This document shows, piece by piece, positions 36,305 through 45,321 of a stretch of DNA of 64,000 bases. The position numbers were made by a program, and so were the translations under genes. This stretch comes from a virus: positions 1 through 64,000 of the IMG/VR virus record IMGVR_UViG_3300023210_000013; one strand, written 5' to 3'. Positions within the stretch are counted from its first letter, which is position 1; each line of letters begins with the position of its first letter. The notes beneath the pieces are model-generated. The model was not told the origin of the DNA and ran no database searches. It saw only the letters and a list, made by a program, of their open reading frames with translations.

Positions 36305-38878
36305 TTAATAACCTATCTTACCTAGATAAAATGGGAGAAACTTTTTAACTTCCTTACCTTTTTTTGCTGTTGGGTATCCACTACTAGGTGAATGTTGACT
36401 TCTCATTTGTCTTAATTGATCAGCATAAGGGTCCGCTCCGTAACCTTGTGGTGTTGAAGCTGTTGCATTTTTACCATATGTTTTTCCTAATATTGTATTT
36501 ATTGTAGTGCCATCTAAACCTTTAGCTTTTAAATCTAAAGCTCTTGATGTCATTTCATCATAAGGAGTTAACTTATTACCAGACTGTTTGTTAGCTGCTA
36601 AAGGCGGTGCTCCATTATTCCATTCTATTGCTCCAGCTTGTGTTGGATCAACATTATAATAAGGATACAATGTATTCATACTATATGTGTTAGCCATATT
36701 AGTATAAGCATTAGCTGTTAAATCAGCCATCTGCTCTCTATCTAGATTTTTCTCATCCATGAAATTCTGCTGAGTTAATTGAGTAGCATCATATTGAGAT
36801 ACACTTCTATCTCTTTGTTCTCTTTTTGCAGCTGCTCCTAACTGAGAATTCATTGCTAAACCTTGATTTACAGTATTGATATTTCTACCATGTGTTCCTG
36901 CAAATACGTTTGCGTTTTGTTTAAATGCATTAGCTCTACTTTGCGCTAATCTAGCATTCATACTTTGAGGTCCTGCAAATGCACCAATAGCTTGTGATGC
37001 AATATTTAACTGCTCATTAGTATCAGCCAATTGTCTTGTAGGTTCTTCAAGTACATAATCTACTTTAGGAATTTCAACTTGAGGTTGCCAAGGCAAAAAC
37101 ATTTCTCTATCTCTCATAGCAAGAGCACCCATTTTTAATAGGTCTTGAGTATAAAATGATTTGTCTGGATCTTCATACTTATATTCAGGATCACCTGGTT
37201 TAATTTCTATTTTAGGATCCGGTTCTTTTTCTACTGCTGGTTTAGCCGTTCTACCTAATGGTCTCCTTGAGGAAGTAAATGTTCCAAAATCACCATCATA
37301 ACCTTTTCCTTTTTTGTTTGGATCAAATCCATAATCTTTATTAAGACTGGCAGTTAAAGTACTTTCCATTTCAGGAGTCCATTCTTTACCTTCTTCTTCA
37401 AACGTTGCTTTAATTCTTTGTACTTCTTCTGGTATATATGTATCATTTATCCAATGTTGGAATTTTTCTACATCTGGATTTGTACCATCTGCTTTTTGAG
37501 AAGATATAGACGTTTTTAAACTTTCTATATCTGGATATTTATCTTTCCAAGCTTCAAAGAAACCTTCTTGATTTTCAGCAGCATCTCCATAAAGACCACT
37601 TCCTTTTGTATAGCCTTGTCTATCTTTAAAATTTGTTTCACCTACACCTATGCTATTAACATCAATACCTAATTTTTCATAGTATGCAATAACTTTAGGA
37701 TCCCATGCTACATTAGTCTTTCCTGATGACTTTTTCTTTTTAGGAGTAGTAACAGGATCCTTTTTAGTAACGGCTGTTTCTTCAGCAATAACTTCTTCTG
37801 CGGTAGTTGAATTAGATGAACTAGGTGTATATTGTTTTTCAACACTTAATAATGCATCAGCTAAACCATTTGGTCCACCTGCATTAAAAGCATCTTCTAA
37901 CTTTTTCTTTAAAGCATTTCTTGTTTCCTCATTTAAAACAGCAGGTGTTACTTTGTCAAGCATAGATTCAAAGTCCATTGGGCTTGTTCCAGCTCCTGAT
38001 AATGGTGGGAATGTAGGTACACCATACTGTGCTTGTGGTAACATTTCTGTACCATATTGAGCCATTGCCATTTCTTGAGGCATCTGCTGAGGCATCTGTT
38101 GTTGCATACCACCTTGACCACTTTGCTCCATCATGTCTCTTAGAGCCATTATCTGTGCTTGTTGTTCTGGAGGTAATGCACTTATTGCTTTTAATGTAGC
38201 CTGTTGTTTATTTATGTTTTCAACTTTTGCTGTAAACTCAACAGGATCTTGACCTTGAGAAACTAAATAAGGGTATGCCGCTAAAGGCACCCCATCTGAA
38301 AATTGTTTTTTAGCTTCTTGTCCAAATGCAAGTTTAGATAAACTTTTCATATTTTTATCTATCATTAAGTCTGCACTATTTGCTTTTATAGAATCTACAT
38401 CAGGGCTAGCCAATGCTCCTATAAATTCATTTAATTGATATTTTTTAGAAATTTTTGCAGGAGTCATTGCTTTTTTAGATTCAATACCAAACTCAGCCAA
38501 TTCATTTTTTTTGAATTTCATTTTTTGAGTATCTGAAAATATAAAAGACTGTTCAGGCAAAAACATTGGGACACCACCACTACTGTGTCTAGGCCCATTA
38601 ATATTATAAAGACCAAACTGACCATCATCATTTAAATCAGTAAGAACAGTTTCCCCTCCTTCTGCTTCTAAATTAGCCATATCTCTAGGTACAGAAGTTA
38701 ATGAATATTTCATATCACCTTCTGTAAAAGAATTAGATGACTCCATAGAAGAACCACCTGTAGCTAAACCATAATCAAATTGACTTCCAGTCATACCACC
38801 TTGTTGCATTTCTTTTACAACTTTACCATCTTTAATTTTAAAGCCTTTTGGTAGTTTGTTTATTTTAATCTTTGCCAT
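36305..38878 (-). CDS. virion cargo/internal protein
   Basis: 857 aa; ANLEAEGGETV...GPRHSSGGVP domain; Q/M-rich linker; MQQGG, MAQYG and PQAQYG motifs. Confidence 0.65.
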   Translation of the reverse strand: MAKIKINKLPKGFKIKDGKVVKEMQQGGMTGSQFDYGLATGGSSMESSNSFTEGDMKYSLTSVPRDMANLEAEGGETVLTDLNDDGQFGLYNINGPRHSSGGVPMFLPEQSFIFSDTQKMKFKKNELAEFGIESKKAMTPAKISKKYQLNEFIGALASPDVDSIKANSADLMIDKNMKSLSKLAFGQEAKKQFSDGVPLAAYPYLVSQGQDPVEFTAKVENINKQQATLKAISALPPEQQAQIMALRDMMEQSGQGGMQQQMPQQMPQEMAMAQYGTEMLPQAQYGVPTFPPLSGAGTSPMDFESMLDKVTPAVLNEETRNALKKKLEDAFNAGGPNGLADALLSVEKQYTPSSSNSTTAEEVIAEETAVTKKDPVTTPKKKKSSGKTNVAWDPKVIAYYEKLGIDVNSIGVGETNFKDRQGYTKGSGLYGDAAENQEGFFEAWKDKYPDIESLKTSISSQKADGTNPDVEKFQHWINDTYIPEEVQRIKATFEEEGKEWTPEMESTLTASLNKDYGFDPNKKGKGYDGDFGTFTSSRRPLGRTAKPAVEKEPDPKIEIKPGDPEYKYEDPDKSFYTQDLLKMGALAMRDREMFLPWQPQVEIPKVDYVLEEPTRQLADTNEQLNIASQAIGAFAGPQSMNARLAQSRANAFKQNANVFAGTHGRNINTVNQGLAMNSQLGAAAKREQRDRSVSQYDATQLTQQNFMDEKNLDREQMADLTANAYTNMANTYSMNTLYPYYNVDPTQAGAIEWNNGAPPLAANKQSGNKLTPYDEMTSRALDLKAKGLDGTTINTILGKTYGKNATASTPQGYGADPYADQLRQMRSQHSPSSGYPTAKKGKEVKKFLPFYLGKIGY

Positions 38879-38880
38879 AA

Positions 38881-40968
38881 TTATAACATTTCTATATCAG
38901 CACCTGCTGCTATTAATGCAGCTAGTGTATCATTATCAACTTCTATTTCTCCACCTGTTTGCATTTCATCTTGATGTATGAAACCCATCTTAGACATTCT
39001 TTCATGGTCACCAGGTTTATTTGCTTTATAACCTTTTCCTGTTTTAGGATCAAACATCATGTGTGGTTCAAACCCACCGCCAGCTTTATATATTTCTCTC
39101 CCATACTTTGAATAATAATCAACTAGATTATTTTGTTCTTGTAAGCCACTGTTTACATCAAAGTTTCCTTGAGCATTAGGTACGTCTGTTACAGCATAAA
39201 CTTTATCTGCGTTTGTTTGACCTCTTAGATCATCTAGTTGATCAGTAGGATCTGTAAATGCAGTTAATAAATTAGCACCCATTACAAGACCTTTGCTTAT
39301 ATCACCTACAGCATTCATAACAGGACTATCTTTAATAAACGTTTCTGCTTGATCTATTGCATTACCTACAGATCTTTTTCTTTTAACAGTAGGTTGTGCG
39401 CTTGTATTATCTGCAGCTGGTTCATCTGCAGCTGTTAATGGAGTATTAACCTGTAGTGGGTTAGCAACACTTTGTTGTAACTGAGAATCTTTTACTGCTT
39501 GAGTATCTCTATTATAATCTGTTTTTAAGGCACTTTGTAAAAAGTCACCCATGCTATTAGGTATCTGAAAATTTTGTTGCTCTTGCTGTAAAGGAGTTGG
39601 TCCCATTGGGCCTACTGGAACATCTTGTTTGTTACCATACATCCAATCAGGTATGTTAAATTGAGCTTTAGGTAATGGTGTACCACCATATCTAAACTCA
39701 GCATTGTCATACATAAGCATTAAGTCATTTTGACTTTTACCTTGAAGCATAGGACTTGTTGAATTTTTAACGTACCATTCTTTAAAGCTTGGTTGATCTG
39801 CAACAGGAGATTTACTAGAATTTGGCACCGCCATCATACTTGGCTGATTTGCAGCAGCTGTAGTTAATGGAGCATCTGTTGAGCCTTTATATACATATGG
39901 AGAAAAACCAGGAGCTTTTTGAGCACCTCGTTGTCCTGTTACCATATCTCTATATCTACCTCTGTGTTTAGCTTTTTCTTCTTCTGTTAGATTTTCTAAA
40001 GATTTTGATATTGGATTACCGTTATCATCATAACTAAGAACTACGTCTTTACCGTATACACCACTTTCATTTTTTAAAGCATTAGCAACCATAAATGCAT
40101 TATCCTCACCATATTCTTTTATACCAGAAGTAATGTCTGCAATTGTCTGACCGTGTTGTAATCTTTGATTTTTAGGTATAGCATCAAGTTCTAATTGACT
40201 AAAAGCCATGTTGCCTGTAAACTTATTAAGTTCTGGATTAAAATCAAACTCTGAATACTTAAATAAATCTGCTGCTTTTTCTTGACGTGTTTTTACTACA
40301 CCATCATTTAAATCTTCTAAAGTTACAGCATAATTTGCTTTATCATTATCACCAAAATCTACTTCATAAGATTTATTACCAAGTTGTTTTTGTTTATATC
40401 TAGCTTGTTTACCATCCCAATCACTAAAAGTATTTTCCATTTCACCAACAAAATCATTTAGCATATATGCTGCATTAATTAAGCTGTTCTTTTTTGGATA
40501 CGGTGTTGAGTATATAGGTCTATAACCTTGATTAGGTTGTCTATCTATAGGCCCTCTAGCAGTAGTTTCAAAACCAACATTTGCTTGAGGTACTTCAACA
40601 TTGTCAAGTTGTTCTAGAAGTTCTGCTTGTGGATCAGCAGACTGACCTTCAGCTACATTACCTGGCATTTGTCCAGGCTGTTCCGCTTGCATAGACTGTT
40701 CTTGTGCTGCTTTTATTTGTTCAGCACCTAACAGTAAATCTGCAAATTTAGATGGATCATAACCTGCTTCTTCAAAGACAATGTTTAATTGATCTGGCTC
40801 TATACCTTCTTGCAAGTAAGATGCAAGAATTTGTGCAGGCTCTTCACCAGCTTCAATACGTTGTTGTACTTCTGCTGAAAGTTCTTGCAAAGGAACGTCA
40901 TTAACTGTTTTATTTACAGCTCCACCTTCCTGGTATAAACTTATTTTATTTAGTTCTTTTTCCATCAT
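38881..40968 (-). CDS. virion cargo/internal protein
   Basis: 695 aa, low complexity, several xQxGG motifs, C-terminal GGEIEVD...LIAAGADIEML. Confidence 0.65.
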   Translation of the reverse strand: MMEKELNKISLYQEGGAVNKTVNDVPLQELSAEVQQRIEAGEEPAQILASYLQEGIEPDQLNIVFEEAGYDPSKFADLLLGAEQIKAAQEQSMQAEQPGQMPGNVAEGQSADPQAELLEQLDNVEVPQANVGFETTARGPIDRQPNQGYRPIYSTPYPKKNSLINAAYMLNDFVGEMENTFSDWDGKQARYKQKQLGNKSYEVDFGDNDKANYAVTLEDLNDGVVKTRQEKAADLFKYSEFDFNPELNKFTGNMAFSQLELDAIPKNQRLQHGQTIADITSGIKEYGEDNAFMVANALKNESGVYGKDVVLSYDDNGNPISKSLENLTEEEKAKHRGRYRDMVTGQRGAQKAPGFSPYVYKGSTDAPLTTAAANQPSMMAVPNSSKSPVADQPSFKEWYVKNSTSPMLQGKSQNDLMLMYDNAEFRYGGTPLPKAQFNIPDWMYGNKQDVPVGPMGPTPLQQEQQNFQIPNSMGDFLQSALKTDYNRDTQAVKDSQLQQSVANPLQVNTPLTAADEPAADNTSAQPTVKRKRSVGNAIDQAETFIKDSPVMNAVGDISKGLVMGANLLTAFTDPTDQLDDLRGQTNADKVYAVTDVPNAQGNFDVNSGLQEQNNLVDYYSKYGREIYKAGGGFEPHMMFDPKTGKGYKANKPGDHERMSKMGFIHQDEMQTGGEIEVDNDTLAALIAAGADIEML

Positions 40969-40976
40969 ATCATACT

Positions 40977-40990
40977 ATTAATATACAAAT
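40977..40990 (-). promoter_or_regulatory. conserved phage promoter motif
   Basis: - strand ATTTGTATATTAAT in a 24-nt intergenic gap. Confidence 0.5.
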
Positions 40991-40992
40991 AA

Positions 40993-43900
40993 TTAAGCGG
41001 TTTCCCTAATAATATTGCTCATTATATAGTTGGGAGAAGTTGTCCCACCTAGCCTTGCTTTCCTAAGATAAACTCTATTAAGTTTATCATATACTTTTTG
41101 AGCTTGTTTTTGCATGTTTGTATTATCATACATGCCTTTCATATAATTCTTATACATTGTTAATTCATTCACTTTACTTTTAGGCTCTCCTCCATGTGCC
41201 ATAGTTGATGGCTCAAAGTCATTAGCGGGTGTTTCCACATAAGCATAATTTTCAGGAAATAAATCTGTTCTGTATTTATTTACTTTTTTAATATAGGAAT
41301 CAGACGGTCTTACAGATCCAGGCATTCCTGTTGGTAGCACTTGACCCACTTTAAAAGCAGCATCACCTATAATAGGTAAATGTTTATAATTAGTTGAATT
41401 AATATCTAATAGTGTAGCATCATATAATTCTCTTAAAGCTTGAACTTCAGTTTCAGCATTTCTTGAATCAGCAACTCTACCTGTTTTTAAAAGTCTATTT
41501 GTTCCTTGATTATAAGCTAGAATTGACATGTTTCTAATATCTTCTTCTGCTAAATTTAATTCAGGGTAAGTGTTTGAATAATCTTTAAACGTTTCATAAT
41601 TTTTTGTAATCAAATAAGTTATTGCGTCAATTGCTTTATCATCTGACTTTCCTAAATCATCAGCACTATTAATTTGAAAATAACTCTTTGCAAAATTATC
41701 TAATGCCGTAAGTTTAGTTTTACCTATTCCTAATGAAACGTCTTTAGGTTTATAACCTTTGTAATCATAGACCATATTTTTAACATACCCCGCATCTTCC
41801 TTACTTCTTGGAACAGATGCACCTACCCCGGTTTCTGCACCAGTTATACCAACTATTGTTGACTCTAACCATTTAGGGTCTACAGAAGAATTTAATATTT
41901 CTGGTATTTTAGTTGAATTATATTTAGCTCTTTTAAATACATTTTCAAGTTGTGTAAGTCTTTCTCCTTCGTAATCACCTGATTGATATCTTAAAGATAA
42001 ATTTCTTATTGTAGATGGATCAATTTCAATATCTTCAATACCATCAACATTATAAGTTGAATTAACTTTAATATCTTCTTTAGGTCTTCTTATCCATCCA
42101 GTAACTAATTCATCATATGGTTGTTGTAAAACTGTACCATTTACATTATGTGTAATAATTGGAACACCATCAATAACATCTGATACAAATCCAGTATGTG
42201 TATTGTGTGTTTTTGAGTTTAATGTTTCTTCATGATGACTTGAACCATCCCAATATAATCCAACAATATCACCTGTTTTGTAATCACTTGCTTTTGTTTG
42301 TTTTTTTCTTTTTACTTCTTTTGTTATTCTTTTTATATCTTCTGCGGACGTAGCATTATCAAATGCTTTGTCATCATATATATTAAAAACAGATTTACTA
42401 TTTTCAACATCATTCATGTTTTCAAATATGTCCCATGCATTTTTATACTTAATACCTAAAGACTCTGTCATAACATTATTACCTTCCAATATACTACACA
42501 TTCCGGCAGCACATCTTCCATCTTTTAGTTTACTAGGTATAAAGTCAAACACTAAAGCATTTGGATCTTCTTCAGTTTTTTTTGTGTTATAAGCTTGTAA
42601 AGCTTCTTTTGTTTGTTGACCAAACTTACCATCTATACTTGAACCTTCTTTATTAAGTAGTGTAGCAGACATAAATCCTTTATCAACAAGGTCTTGTTGA
42701 ATCCTTAATACTTCTTCTTTATTATCAGGATTGTAATTTTTATAATATTTTGATATTGCTGATGGTGCTAAATTTACATCATCTATCATAGATTTGTGAG
42801 CGGCAAATGTTTTTGCTCCATAATCTCCATCTGCTCCAGTTGCTCCTATATCATATCCTTTACTTAATAAATCTTTTTGTAAAGTTTCAACTTCAGAAGG
42901 AGAAGCATTTGTCATATCTTTCCAACCTCTTGCATAATCATTTGAGCTCTTAGTAAAATCAGAAACTAAATTAGGTCTTTTATATTTTGATTTTTCTAAT
43001 CTACTTTCTTTGTCCAAATCAGCTATTACGCTGTTATACTCTTCTGGGCTAAGTGGCTCATTAAGATTTCCATCTTTTATAAAAGGTAATTGCTTCTGAG
43101 TTATAGCAGTATTATCTCTTACTACTGTTGTGTCTAACATTTGATTGTTTACATAATCAGCACCTGCTTGTTTTAAAAATTCTTGTAATTTTGAAGCTGG
43201 CTCAAATTCTGGTTTACCAAGATTTGGTATCACACGTCTAGTGGCAACTCTTGTATTATCTTGAACTGCGGTTCTCCATTCTCCATTACCATATTGAAAT
43301 GATTTATAGCCATTCTTAATACCTTCTTTTTCTGCTGCTTTTTTACTTTCTAAAAAACTAGCACGGTCACCTTCAGCTTCTACATTTTTATGACCCTGTA
43401 ACCAAAGATCTACAGGAGATAAATTACCATTTGTAAAATCAGATAACTTAGCTTTTGACTCTATTAAATTTGCAAAAAACAATGCGTATTGATCTTCTGA
43501 TGACAACTGATCAGCTGATGTAGCATTTACAATACTATCTTTTATAGTATATCCTTTTGCATCTGCAACATTTTTATATCTTTTTAATGCTGTATTAAAT
43601 GATTCACCTTCAAATTGAAATAACCCTCTACCAGGCCCACCTTGATACTGTTTAGCTTTTGGATCCATTCTTGACCACGGACTTGATTCATGAAATGCAA
43701 TTGTATCTGCTAATTGTCCCCATGTATCTTTTGTTCCACCTCTGGTTTCTACTATATAGTTTGATATATTATTATAATCTAATATTTTAGAATTATCAAC
43801 TTTGTCTTCTCCATTACCATCTTGTGCTTTTGGTATACCTCCATACTTTAATTTGCTTTTTAAAACTTGTTTGCTCATGTCCCAACCAGATTCTATTTCA

Positions 43901-45321
43901 TCTAGTTTATTAGCTATACCTTTAAAACTATTGCTATCATAAAAGTTTTCATAACCAGCATCCTTAATAAACCAGTTGTCTGTTGCACCTGTAGATGCGT
44001 GTCCACCATACGGTTGCCATAATCCTTCAGTAGTTCCTGTTTTTCCTGCTCCTTTTTTTCCAGCTAATCCACTTGATTTGTAAAATAATTGTGATTGACC
44101 ATTTGGCAATGCTACTTCTGCAATCTGTCTACCAAATTTATTTCCATGATTAATTACATTAGGTGAAATTACATCATTAGCATTAAAACCAATTTCATCT
44201 AAATGTTTTCCTTGTGATTTCATAGATGTTAAAGCATCCTGAATACCTTCTGGTGATCTACCATAGTTTGTAACTCCTCTTGACCAACTAGGTTTAACAT
44301 TATCTGCAACTTTAACTGTATTTTCTACAACTTCTTTTGCTATTGTTTTTTTCAAACCTTTTTTTAAACCTGCTTGTGTAACGTTGTTAATTAGATTCTT
44401 AGCTACACCTGCTCCTACGTATGTACTTGGATCAGTTGCTAAGTTGGTAATAAATGCACCTACAGGATTTTCTACCAATGGATTCCCATTTGCATCTTTT
44501 AATCCAGCTACATTTTTTACAGGTGTACCATTTTGATTTGTAAATGTAAATGTTTCATCATCTGATCCTGGTGTTGCAAAGCTTGGCATAGCGTTCATAA
44601 AATTAAACTCACCATCACCACGTCCTGTAAATGATTCAGTAGCCTCTGCTATAAGATTTGCAGGTATTCCCATTACACCTAATAAGTTAGATATATTAGC
44701 TGCTGGTACTTTTGCCATTTCTTTAACAAGACCCCAAACAGATTTTTCTTCTACTTCTGTACCATCTTGAGCTTTAGGTTTCCAAGAACCTTTACCAAAC
44801 TTTATTGCACTTTCTTTATCTGTTCCAAAGTCTATAACCTCACCTCTTCTTTGAGCTTCTTTATATGCTTCTTTCCAAGGTTTAGTAGACATGTCTATCC
44901 AAGTACCATCCGGGTCTTGAAATAGTGTAGGAAAAGAAAACCAATTTTTACCATCTAAAGTTTCAGTTGCCATAAGATGTGTGGACTCAGAGCCATCTCC
45001 ATTGTCCCTAACACCTTGTCTTTTTGGAACTTCATAACCTGTCTGTACCATAGGTACTTCTAACACACTATCTCCTGGAAACTGATAGTTACCACCAGGC
45101 TTCATTATTTGTTCATTACCTAAGTTGTCTCTACCATATACAGGAAAGTCTACACCTTCCATAGTAATATTACCAGATGGTATGATATTATAAGGATTGT
45201 TTACATCAGGTGAATTTCTTTTATAACCTTCTGTTGAAAACAAATTTGATACATGTGTTATGTATTCATTTGGGCCTCCGGGTAAACCTCTGCTTTCTTT
45301 ATGTTCAGTATTTTTTTTCAT
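40993..45321 (-). CDS. virion-associated multi-domain peptidoglycan hydrolase (lysozyme-like + 2x PG-binding + NlpC/P60-like + SLT-like)
   Basis: HES...GPGRGLFQF; two LQ..L...G.....DG.[YF]G..T PG-binding motifs; RCAAG..GDIVGL..HTGFV..THN; GAETG...AYNQG. Confidence 0.75.
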   Translation of the reverse strand: MKKNTEHKESRGLPGGPNEYITHVSNLFSTEGYKRNSPDVNNPYNIIPSGNITMEGVDFPVYGRDNLGNEQIMKPGGNYQFPGDSVLEVPMVQTGYEVPKRQGVRDNGDGSESTHLMATETLDGKNWFSFPTLFQDPDGTWIDMSTKPWKEAYKEAQRRGEVIDFGTDKESAIKFGKGSWKPKAQDGTEVEEKSVWGLVKEMAKVPAANISNLLGVMGIPANLIAEATESFTGRGDGEFNFMNAMPSFATPGSDDETFTFTNQNGTPVKNVAGLKDANGNPLVENPVGAFITNLATDPSTYVGAGVAKNLINNVTQAGLKKGLKKTIAKEVVENTVKVADNVKPSWSRGVTNYGRSPEGIQDALTSMKSQGKHLDEIGFNANDVISPNVINHGNKFGRQIAEVALPNGQSQLFYKSSGLAGKKGAGKTGTTEGLWQPYGGHASTGATDNWFIKDAGYENFYDSNSFKGIANKLDEIESGWDMSKQVLKSKLKYGGIPKAQDGNGEDKVDNSKILDYNNISNYIVETRGGTKDTWGQLADTIAFHESSPWSRMDPKAKQYQGGPGRGLFQFEGESFNTALKRYKNVADAKGYTIKDSIVNATSADQLSSEDQYALFFANLIESKAKLSDFTNGNLSPVDLWLQGHKNVEAEGDRASFLESKKAAEKEGIKNGYKSFQYGNGEWRTAVQDNTRVATRRVIPNLGKPEFEPASKLQEFLKQAGADYVNNQMLDTTVVRDNTAITQKQLPFIKDGNLNEPLSPEEYNSVIADLDKESRLEKSKYKRPNLVSDFTKSSNDYARGWKDMTNASPSEVETLQKDLLSKGYDIGATGADGDYGAKTFAAHKSMIDDVNLAPSAISKYYKNYNPDNKEEVLRIQQDLVDKGFMSATLLNKEGSSIDGKFGQQTKEALQAYNTKKTEEDPNALVFDFIPSKLKDGRCAAGMCSILEGNNVMTESLGIKYKNAWDIFENMNDVENSKSVFNIYDDKAFDNATSAEDIKRITKEVKRKKQTKASDYKTGDIVGLYWDGSSHHEETLNSKTHNTHTGFVSDVIDGVPIITHNVNGTVLQQPYDELVTGWIRRPKEDIKVNSTYNVDGIEDIEIDPSTIRNLSLRYQSGDYEGERLTQLENVFKRAKYNSTKIPEILNSSVDPKWLESTIVGITGAETGVGASVPRSKEDAGYVKNMVYDYKGYKPKDVSLGIGKTKLTALDNFAKSYFQINSADDLGKSDDKAIDAITYLITKNYETFKDYSNTYPELNLAEEDIRNMSILAYNQGTNRLLKTGRVADSRNAETEVQALRELYDATLLDINSTNYKHLPIIGDAAFKVGQVLPTGMPGSVRPSDSYIKKVNKYRTDLFPENYAYVETPANDFEPSTMAHGGEPKSKVNELTMYKNYMKGMYDNTNMQKQAQKVYDKLNRVYLRKARLGGTTSPNYIMSNIIRETA

